A stretch of DNA of 64,000 nucleotides, from positions 1-64,000 of IMG/VR virus record IMGVR_UViG_3300032285_002723, one strand, 5' to 3'. Below, one piece after another: positions 9,355-15,912 of this stretch. Origin of the DNA: a virus. Each line of letters begins with the position of its first letter. The first letter of the stretch is position 1. The notes under the pieces were generated by a model. The model was not told the origin of the DNA. It ran no database searches and was given only the letters and a program-made list of their open reading frames with translations. The position numbers and the translations under genes were made by a program.

Positions 9355-10197
9355 ATGAATCACGAAGACCTCAACGTACTTACCCCAAAGAGCTGGGGAA
9401 CGGCAAAGACCTTAAGGGATATTGCTGAAGCTTATTCTTCAGTTTATGAAGGTAAGGGTGATGGCAATCTTGCTAATAACTATCCTCCTTATGACAAAGT
9501 AACCAGAGGAGACGTTATTGCTGGTGCTTTAGGTAAAGATCAAGAAGGTGGAAAGAAAAAGAAGAAAGTAGCAAAAGAAGAGACAGAGATCGTTGATGAA
9601 AAGTATATGGGATTTAAGAAGTTAGAAGCATCTATTGCTGCTAGAGGTGGTGTTCGTGATCCAGGTGCTGTTGCTGCTTCAATTGGACGTAAGAAGTATG
9701 GAAAGGAAAAGTTCCAAAAGGCAGCAGCAACCGACCATAAAATGAATGAAGCAACTGCAATGGCTAAAAGAGGTTATGATGAAACCGAAATTCGTAATAA
9801 GATTGCAAAATCAACAGGTGGTGGAGAGGCTGCTGATAGAGCAAATACATTAGCAGACAAAAAAACTTTTGGTTATGGTAATCCACAAGCAAGAAATAAT
9901 TATGCAAGAAAGCAGATGGGTGATTTCCGTAAGACAACTTCCACAAGTCCTGGTCTTCACGGATACGGTCACAAGTCTGCTGATCCTGCCGTAAAAGCAA
10001 AGCAGGCAGCAAGAGGAGCACAAAGAGGTGCTCTGACTCCTAAAGAGAAAAAGCAACTCAATAGAGAGGCATATGAAGCATATGAAGTTGTAGTATCATA
10101 TTTGTTAGAAAACAATTTTGCAACAACTATGGAAGATGCAAATGCAATTATCAATAATATGAGTGAGAGTTGGTTCAATCAAATTATTGAAGGTTGA
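9355..10197 (+). CDS. late K/A/E-rich modular protein (putative internal head protein)
   Basis: 280 aa; CTAAATA upstream; its C-terminal acidic module resembles one in the 7359 protein. Confidence 0.6.
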   Translation: MNHEDLNVLTPKSWGTAKTLRDIAEAYSSVYEGKGDGNLANNYPPYDKVTRGDVIAGALGKDQEGGKKKKKVAKEETEIVDEKYMGFKKLEASIAARGGVRDPGAVAASIGRKKYGKEKFQKAAATDHKMNEATAMAKRGYDETEIRNKIAKSTGGGEAADRANTLADKKTFGYGNPQARNNYARKQMGDFRKTTSTSPGLHGYGHKSADPAVKAKQAARGAQRGALTPKEKKQLNREAYEAYEVVVSYLLENNFATTMEDANAIINNMSESWFNQIIEG

Positions 10198-10216
10198 TAT
10201 AATATTACAATTTATT

Positions 10217-10253
10217 AAGGCACCTTGACAGGTGCTTTTTTTATGACTATAAT
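10217..10253 (+). promoter_or_regulatory. consensus sigma70 promoter embedded in a terminator hairpin
   Basis: TTGACA 10225-10230 is the loop of AAGGCACC/GGTGCTTT; 17-nt spacer; TATAAT 10248-10253. Confidence 0.8.
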
Positions 10254-10316
10254 CACTCTGTTAGGGTTGAAGATAAGTTATATCTATAAATAACTTGAAT
10301 ATTATTAGGGACCCGA

Positions 10317-10415
10317 ATGAGTTATGAAAACCCTTGGAGATACAATGGGGAAGTTTTTGAGACAGAAGATATTCAAGAGAATTTTGGATTTGTTTATTTG
10401 ATAGAATGTTTGTAG
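10317..10415 (+). pseudogene. truncated N-terminus of a conserved GIY-YIG-like endonuclease
   Basis: MSYENPWRYNGEVFETEDIQENFGFVYLIECL* aligns with the start of the opposite-strand ORF (W.YN...F.......GFVYLI); late promoter TATAAATA at 10285-10292. Confidence 0.7.
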
Positions 10416-10424
10416 AATGATAAA

Positions 10425-11282
10425 TCATTTAAACTCTTTTCTTTGTAAAATATCAATATTTCTATTTTTTTGATATATTGAAAGACCAGCAGCAGTAGAA
10501 ATATATCCAGTGATTAAACATTCCCATAATTTTAAATTATGATTTATTTTATTTTTTATTGTTTTTAAATTTATAGGATTTCCATCAACATAAAATATTT
10601 TATTTTTTTCTATTAATTCTATATACTTGTTCCAATGAATATCTTTTTCTTTCATGTAAGAAATTACACTATCCCAAGTGTTAATTCCATCTGTTATTTG
10701 TTTTTTCCTTGATAAAAATAATTTTTCTTTATGTTCATCAGTAAGTTTTGAACCATACATAGGATTTCCTTCACCAGAAAACATTTCACTCAATCTTTGT
10801 CTAACTTCTGGTCTTTTTGCTGGATTATTATCTCCAATCATTCTATCTTTTACCAATTCTCTAAATTTATCATTCCTTAATACTACTTCATATATTCCTG
10901 TTCTTTCACTTACAAAAAATCTTCCCTCAATATTTGTATTGTAGTATTCATCAGTCATTAATACATTTCGGTTAAATTGTTCATAGGTTTCATAATAAGA
11001 CATAGATTTTTTATGAGCACATATGTATAATATTTCTCTTAAAAAATATTCTTTTCCAATCAAATTAATATCTTCTTTTAATCCATCACAAGAACCATAA
11101 TAATTTCTCCAATCACTTTCTTTCTTTTTTCTCCTTCCAGTTTTTCTATCTTTTTGACGAGTCCAAAAATGTTTCTTGCCAACATACTTTTTATTATTCG
11201 TGAGATTAGTAATTAAATATACAAACCCTTCCATATTTTTTGGAATTTCAATAAAATCTTTTTCGTTATATTTCCATTCCAT
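10425..11282 (-). CDS. GIY-YIG family endonuclease with NUMOD3-like C-terminal repeats (homing endonuclease-like)
   Basis: GFVYLITN..NNKKYVGKK...YYGS; GEGNPMYGSKLTDEHKEKL; own late promoter on the - strand at 11307-11314. Confidence 0.8.
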   Translation of the reverse strand: MEWKYNEKDFIEIPKNMEGFVYLITNLTNNKKYVGKKHFWTRQKDRKTGRRKKKESDWRNYYGSCDGLKEDINLIGKEYFLREILYICAHKKSMSYYETYEQFNRNVLMTDEYYNTNIEGRFFVSERTGIYEVVLRNDKFRELVKDRMIGDNNPAKRPEVRQRLSEMFSGEGNPMYGSKLTDEHKEKLFLSRKKQITDGINTWDSVISYMKEKDIHWNKYIELIEKNKIFYVDGNPINLKTIKNKINHNLKLWECLITGYISTAAGLSIYQKNRNIDILQRKEFK

Positions 11283-11430
11283 AAAAATACTTTCTTCCGT
11301 TAAAATTATTTATAGAAAATACTTTTGGTCTTTTGTGGTATAGAACACCATAAAGGATATGTTGCTAAAATTTTGAACGTGTGATAGGATATAAACATAC
11401 TTTCAAGGTATTTTAGGAAGGATTACTTTA

Positions 11431-11625
11431 ATGCGACTTCATATCAAGAAAATCTGCAATAATACGATACAACAACATATTGATCGTATGCACGACTTGT
11501 GTGATGAGGGTAGATCAAGAGATGCGGAATGTATCTATAGTGAAATCCGTGATTGGGTAATTCAAAAAGAAAACCTTGAAGTATTATCACTTGATTATAT
11601 CAGCGGAAACTTTTTAGATTTTTAA
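11431..11625 (+). CDS. hypothetical protein
   Basis: 64-aa ORF with AGGAAGG upstream. Confidence 0.55.
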   Translation: MRLHIKKICNNTIQQHIDRMHDLCDEGRSRDAECIYSEIRDWVIQKENLEVLSLDYISGNFLDF

Positions 11626-11719
11626 CCATTTCTAAATACTGTGATATAATGTAAAAATCCATTTTTGGATTCCTATTATGAGTAGGTTTTAATATTATGA
11701 GAATTTGATTGTGAAAATT

Positions 11720-11783
11720 AGAGCCCAGGAAAGTGCCTCCCGAAAGGGTTGGTGTACCCCCTTTCTATTGGGATGTAGAATTC
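11720..11783 (+). ncRNA. candidate structured 5' leader RNA (family not assigned)
   Basis: GC-rich island in AT-rich spacer: CCCA/TGGG, GAAAG/CTTTC, GTGCC/GGTGT and CCC-GAAA-GGG nested stems ending just before ATG 11795. Confidence 0.45.
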
Positions 11784-11794
11784 AGTAAAACTTA

Positions 11795-12433
11795 ATGCAA
11801 AATTTCTTTACAGTAACCTTGCCCCTTTTGGCAGCGGTTACGACCAATACGGCAACATTGCCTGGTTTATTTCCTCCTCCCCCTGTCGGTGGTCCTCCAC
11901 CGTTTTCTGTTATTAAGGAGTTTGAGACCAAGACAACGACCAAAGAGGTTGTTCCCGAAAAGCCAAAAGAGAAAAGGTTAATTTGTAAAGGGTGTAATGA
12001 AAATGAAAATGTTGCACTGGATTATTTTCAGGACATTGGAATTAAAGATAAAAACGCCCTTGCTACTATCATGGGCAACATTAAACAGGAATCAACATTT
12101 CAGTCTAATGTTTGTGAAGGTGGTAGTAAAAGATCCTACTATAACTGCTACGGTGGTTATGGTTTGATTCAATGGACATCTACTAATCGTTATTATGGAT
12201 TGGGTGATTTTGCTAAAAAGTATGGTGGTTCTCCATCATCACTTAATACGCAACTTCGGTATCTTACAAACGAAGTTCAATGGAAGAGAATTGAAGACCG
12301 TATGAAAAAAAGTGGTCGGTCAATTTATTCTTATATGAACGATGCTTATAGTTGGATTTCGTGGGGACATCATGGTGCTCGCACATCTTATGCCTATGAT
12401 TATGCATCCCGACTGATTCAAGTAGAAGTCTAA
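11795..12433 (+). CDS. secreted phage-tail-lysozyme-like (lytic transglycosylase) protein
   Basis: Signal-peptide-like N-terminus, Pro linker, ATIMGNIKQES...GYGLIQWT motif. Confidence 0.7.
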   Translation: MQNFFTVTLPLLAAVTTNTATLPGLFPPPPVGGPPPFSVIKEFETKTTTKEVVPEKPKEKRLICKGCNENENVALDYFQDIGIKDKNALATIMGNIKQESTFQSNVCEGGSKRSYYNCYGGYGLIQWTSTNRYYGLGDFAKKYGGSPSSLNTQLRYLTNEVQWKRIEDRMKKSGRSIYSYMNDAYSWISWGHHGARTSYAYDYASRLIQVEV

Positions 12434-12445
12434 TATATAAGGGGA

Positions 12446-12859
12446 GTGTTTATGCTCTCCTTTCTTATGTTTAAATTCGGTAAACAAAAACCAGATATAA
12501 AGCAATATGCAATTATAGGAATTGTATTGAGTTCTATTATAGGATTACTTTCCCAATGTACTGGAATTAAACAGAATAATATTTGGGATTTACTTGACGA
12601 AGTTCAAAGAAGATATTTTCCGCATAGTATTATTAACGACTTTATCATTAAAGATCCAGAGAAACTTGATAGAAGGGTTCATAGAGATGTTGATAGAGCA
12701 ATCGCAGAGTATGAACGTTTGACAGGAGACGATGGAAATGTTAGAATATCTAAACCACGATATTCAGAGAAACCACCAGACGGGTCTTATGCCCAATCAG
12801 TTCTTGGAGGCGAAATGAGATTGTGTGCTCCTTGGGTTGAAGATTGCCCAAAAAATTAA
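12446..12859 (+). CDS. membrane-anchored hypothetical protein
   Basis: YAIIGIVLSSIIGLLSQC hydrophobic segment. Confidence 0.55.
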   Translation: MFMLSFLMFKFGKQKPDIKQYAIIGIVLSSIIGLLSQCTGIKQNNIWDLLDEVQRRYFPHSIINDFIIKDPEKLDRRVHRDVDRAIAEYERLTGDDGNVRISKPRYSEKPPDGSYAQSVLGGEMRLCAPWVEDCPKN

Positions 12860-12861
12860 AT

Positions 12862-12933
12862 GCGAATGTAGTTCAGTGGTAGAACGCTATCCTTCCAAGT
12901 TAGATGTCGTCGGTTCAAGTCCGATCATTCGCT
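12862..12933 (+). tRNA. tRNA-Gly(TCC)
   Basis: Acceptor GCGAATG/CATTCGC, anticodon loop CT-TCC-AA (one T-T mismatch in the stem), T-arm GTCGG-TTCAAGT-CCGAT. Confidence 0.85.
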
Positions 12934-12954
12934 TATAAATATTTAAAAAGGATA

Positions 12955-13398
12955 ATGGAAACTTTATTTAAATCACTTAGTGATGCTCAAGCGTCACTTT
13001 TTGTTTTATTTCAAAAAACCTGGATTTATCATTGGGATGTTGTTGGACCAGACTTTCATCAACTACACACCATTTTTGGTGAACAATATAATGAAATGTT
13101 TGAAGAGATTGATACTCTCACCGAACATATGAGATATTTGGGAATGAAACCAGTCAGCACTCTCACAAGAATTACTGAAGTAACTCAAATTGAACAAGCA
13201 TCAAATAGTGCCCAAGATATTGGTGCTATGGAAATGGTTAGACAGTTGAGAGATGATAATAAAAAGATTGTAGAAATATTTACAGAAATTTCTGAAGAAG
13301 CAGATAAACAAAAACAATATGCAACTTCAAATTTAGTTCAAACTATAATGGAAAAGCACGGCAAATTCCATTGGATGTTGAGATCTTTTCTTGAATAG
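12955..13398 (+). CDS. dps: Dps / ferritin-like DNA protection protein
   Basis: HWDVVGPDFHQLHTIF, IDTLTEHMRYLG, EKHGKFHWMLRS; late promoter TATAAATA 12934-12941; ATG 12955 with AAGGA RBS. Confidence 0.88.
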   Translation: METLFKSLSDAQASLFVLFQKTWIYHWDVVGPDFHQLHTIFGEQYNEMFEEIDTLTEHMRYLGMKPVSTLTRITEVTQIEQASNSAQDIGAMEMVRQLRDDNKKIVEIFTEISEEADKQKQYATSNLVQTIMEKHGKFHWMLRSFLE

Positions 13399-13450
13399 AA
13401 ATTAATGCTATAATATAAAAAACTTGACTAATTTAAAGGAATAATTTAAA

Positions 13451-13705
13451 ATGTTAAAGGTAAGATGCAAAATGTGCAACAAAGAGTTGCACTCACATCC
13501 AACACAAACTAAATGCTGTGGATGTGATAATTTAACAACAGTAAAAGATGATAAAATTACTGCATTAGATTTGACTTTGGTAGAGTTAATATCAAAACCA
13601 AATCAACAAAATAATTCTTCTTCTCTTTTTTCAAGAGAAGATCTTGCATATCAAGAAGCAAGAAGAAACCGTAAAATTAGAAAAATGGAGTTTGAAATTA
13701 AATGA
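13451..13705 (+). CDS. small Cys-rich (zinc-binding) hypothetical protein
   Basis: CKMC...CCGC, 84 aa, AAGGA RBS. Confidence 0.65.
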   Translation: MLKVRCKMCNKELHSHPTQTKCCGCDNLTTVKDDKITALDLTLVELISKPNQQNNSSSLFSREDLAYQEARRNRKIRKMEFEIK

Positions 13706-13860
13706 GTTGGGAATCCCCAAAATTTTCAAAAAATGATATTGAATTGCTTACTGTATCATTGGATGATTATATTTTTTATGCTAAACAAGATGGTGGTCCA
13801 GATACACAAGATGTGGAACGTCTTTTGAGTAGATTGGAAGATCATTTAGATAAGTTTTGA
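13702..13860 (+). CDS. hypothetical protein (52 aa)
   Basis: MSWESPKFSKNDIELLTVSLDDYIFYAKQDGGPDTQDVERLLSRLEDHLDKF*; ATGA coupling. Confidence 0.55.
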   Translation: MSWESPKFSKNDIELLTVSLDDYIFYAKQDGGPDTQDVERLLSRLEDHLDKF

Positions 13861-13921
13861 TTTTCACACAGTTGTAAATTTTAATAATTATAAATTATAG
13901 TATCCTACTGATACAAAACAA

Positions 13922-14071
13922 ATGGATCAACACACCTATGACAATTGGGTGAAGATAAAGGAAACATTTGAAATGTCTGGAAATATGAAAAATATGTTTT
14001 ATATGAGAGCATGTGAAATTGTTAAAACTAGAAAAGATCCTCTTGCTAAATTTCTTGGTAATCAAAAATAA
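13922..14071 (+). CDS. small protein of a type seen in cyanobacteria and cyanophages (49 aa)
   Basis: MDQHTYDNWVKIKETFEMSGNMKNMFYMRACEIVKTRKDPLAKFLGNQK*. Confidence 0.6.
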   Translation: MDQHTYDNWVKIKETFEMSGNMKNMFYMRACEIVKTRKDPLAKFLGNQK

Positions 14072-14074
14072 GTC

Positions 14075-14103
14075 TTGACAAACCTTTTAATAACTGATAA
14101 AAT
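14075..14103 (+). promoter_or_regulatory. sigma70 early promoter with extended -10
   Basis: TTGACA-17nt-TAAAAT with TGn before the -10. Confidence 0.7.
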
Positions 14104-14124
14104 ATTTTTATATTGATTTGTGAA

Positions 14125-14334
14125 ATGGAAAAGTTTACGGTAGAAGAATTTCAAAAAAATTTTGATAATCTACTAGAAAGAGTAGAAAATGGAGAGTCTT
14201 TTATAGTCACCGATGAAAAAAAAGAGGTGGTGATAATGCCTACAAAAGATTATGAATATATTGTAGATACAGTTGATGGTATTGTAGATGAAGAAGTCAT
14301 ACGCATCCACACTGATCACGAAGAAGGTTCATGA
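14125..14334 (+). CDS. Phd/YefM-like antitoxin-fold protein
   Basis: MEKFTVEEFQKNFDNLLERVENGESFIVTDEKKEVVIMP matches the Phd/YefM N-terminal pattern; acidic tail; no adjacent toxin. Confidence 0.6.
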   Translation: MEKFTVEEFQKNFDNLLERVENGESFIVTDEKKEVVIMPTKDYEYIVDTVDGIVDEEVIRIHTDHEEGS

Positions 14335-14340
14335 GTTTTT

Positions 14341-14428
14341 GCGAGTGAGACTTGGTAGTCAGAGGAGTTTTATAAACTCTTTCCGCCAGATTAGCGGCTT
14401 TGACCTGGTTCGAATCCAGGCACTCGTA
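14341..14428 (+). tRNA. atypical tRNA with TAT (Ile/AUA) anticodon and long variable arm
   Basis: Acceptor GCGAGTG/CACTCGT, D-arm GACT-TGGT-AGTC, anticodon GGAGT-TT TAT AA-ACTCT, V-arm CCGC/GCGG, T-arm CCTGG-TTCGAAT-CCAGG. Confidence 0.8.
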
Positions 14429-14457
14429 TTGCTATTCGCTATTTGCGAATAGCGAAT

Positions 14458-14530
14458 GCTCGTTTAGCTATCTGGTGAAAGCACCGATCTCATAAATCGG
14501 CACAGGTCGGATCGTAACCGACAACGAGCA
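14458..14530 (+). tRNA. tRNA with CAT anticodon (Met or Ile2)
   Basis: Acceptor GCTCGTT/AACGAGC, CCGAT-CT CAT AA-ATCGG, T-arm GTCGG-ATCGTAA-CCGAC. Confidence 0.85.
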
Positions 14531-14532
14531 CT

Positions 14533-14612
14533 AGTCTCGGGATGACTTAAAAAGCGCACTGGTCGGGACCCCCTCGAAGTCACGGAGAGACTTTAAAAGT
14601 ACTGGTGGAGCC
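14533..14612 (+). ncRNA. tandem hairpin/pseudoknot RNA units (possibly part of a manA/wcaG-type cyanophage motif)
   Basis: Two copies of AGTC-nCGGnnn-GACT-T(T)AAAA...ACTGGT immediately 3' of the tRNA. Confidence 0.5.
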
Positions 14613-14649
14613 AATCCATATAAATAGTTTTACATCTAAAAATAAAACT

Positions 14650-15243
14650 ATGGAGACCTATTATACTTATGCTTATTTGAGAGAAGATGGAACACCTTAT
14701 TACATTGGAAAAGGTAAAGGGCGTAGAGCATTTCATAAAAATCATAATGTTCCTCGCCCAAACAAAGATAAAATTTTATTCCTAAAACAAAATCTTTCTG
14801 AAGAAAATGCTTTAAAACACGAAAAATATTTAATATCAATCTTAAATAATTTGTTAAATAAAAAAAGTGGTGGTAAATCTGGTAGTCTTTCTTCACTAAC
14901 AGAAGAGCATAAGAATAAAATCAGTACAAAATTAAAAATTGTCAGACCACTGCAAATTATTACAGAAGACCATAAAAAAAATATTAGTAATTCTGTAAAA
15001 TCCCATTGGCAAAGTTTAACAATAGATCAAAGAGAACAAAGGAATAAAAAAGCAGCAGAAAGAAGAAAAGAAGTTTTACCTTTGAAAACTAATTATCAGT
15101 ATAAGTATTTGATAGATAATAAATCTTTTAATACTTTAAATGAAGTTGGTGAAGTGTATAGTGTGTCATTAGCATCTATTAGAAATAGATGTTTGTCTAA
15201 AAATTTTCCTAATTGGAAAAGAATATCTTTTAAGTTATTATGA
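14650..15243 (+). CDS. GIY-YIG (Seg-like) homing endonuclease
   Basis: YYTYAYLREDGTPYYIGKGKGRRA; repeated TEEHKNKIS/TEDHKKNIS; late promoter TATAAATA 14619-14626; very low GC. Confidence 0.82.
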   Translation: METYYTYAYLREDGTPYYIGKGKGRRAFHKNHNVPRPNKDKILFLKQNLSEENALKHEKYLISILNNLLNKKSGGKSGSLSSLTEEHKNKISTKLKIVRPLQIITEDHKKNISNSVKSHWQSLTIDQREQRNKKAAERRKEVLPLKTNYQYKYLIDNKSFNTLNEVGEVYSVSLASIRNRCLSKNFPNWKRISFKLL

Positions 15244-15249
15244 CCCTAT

Positions 15250-15342
15250 TGTTTTCTTGCTTTTCTCAAGAGCAAGTGGTGCGGATGGGACTCTCTCCCG
15301 CCTGGTTTCCAATTTCCAGTCAAAGAATTGGTGGCGAGCCTG
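15250..15342 (+). ncRNA. wcaG-like cis-regulatory RNA
   Basis: Two units each ending in UGGYG (TGGTG, TGGCG); CTTGCT/AGCAAG pairing; H-type pseudoknot CTGG/CCAG + CCAATT/AATTGG; lies upstream of sugar-epimerase genes. Confidence 0.6.
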
Positions 15343-15354
15343 AATGACCTGATG

Positions 15355-15389
15355 GGAGAGTTGCATAAACTCTCCTTTTTTGGTATAAT
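15355..15389 (+). promoter_or_regulatory. terminator hairpin overlapping a sigma70 promoter
   Basis: GGAGAGTT/AACTCTCC plus T6; TTGCAT 15361-15366, 17 nt, TATAAT 15384-15389. Confidence 0.65.
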
Positions 15390-15409
15390 AATAAAAAAGA
15401 CTTTATTGT

Positions 15410-15910
15410 ATGAAAATTGGTTTTAACTGCAGTTCATTTGATCTTTTCCATGCTGGACATGTCACGATGCTTAAAATGGAAAAAGAAATGTGTGATTATT
15501 TGAAAGTTGCTCTTCAAGTTGATCCGACAATAGATCGTCCCGGAATTAAAAATAAACCAGTACAATCTGCATATGAGCGATATGTTCAACTTCAAGGATG
15601 TAAATATGTTGATGAAATTCTTGTATATGAAACGGAAGAAGATCTTCTCAATTTAATTCAATCACAAACAATTCACATACGGTTTTTGAGTGAAGAATAT
15701 AAAGATAGAGACTTTACTGCAAAACAATATTGTATTGATAATGGAATAGAATTGTTTTTTCATTTGAGAAGACATAAGTATTCTTCAACTGAAATTAGAA
15801 ATAGAGTTCACCATCTTGAAGAGCAAAAAAGATTAAAAAAATCAGAAGAAAATGTAATAGAACAGTATTCTCCAGAAATTTTAGAAAAGTATTCTATTAA
15901 AAATAATTAA
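15410..15910 (+). CDS. cytidylyltransferase (TagD/glycerol-3-phosphate CTase-like)
   Basis: FDLFHAGH (HxGH), YSSTEIR. Confidence 0.85.
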   Translation: MKIGFNCSSFDLFHAGHVTMLKMEKEMCDYLKVALQVDPTIDRPGIKNKPVQSAYERYVQLQGCKYVDEILVYETEEDLLNLIQSQTIHIRFLSEEYKDRDFTAKQYCIDNGIELFFHLRRHKYSSTEIRNRVHHLEEQKRLKKSEENVIEQYSPEILEKYSIKNN

Positions 15911-15912
15911 TT

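Noticed and set aside
12904-12954. Track N-terminal extension of dps (and similar extensions at 7311 and 14605)
   Set aside because: The extensions overlap a tRNA, a terminator or a late promoter; downstream ATGs fit better.
13900-13914. GTATCCTACTGATAC palindrome resembling an NtcA box
   Set aside because: The spacing is GTA-N9-TAC rather than the canonical N8, and it lies right at the start codon. It may be another operator but is not supportable as NtcA.
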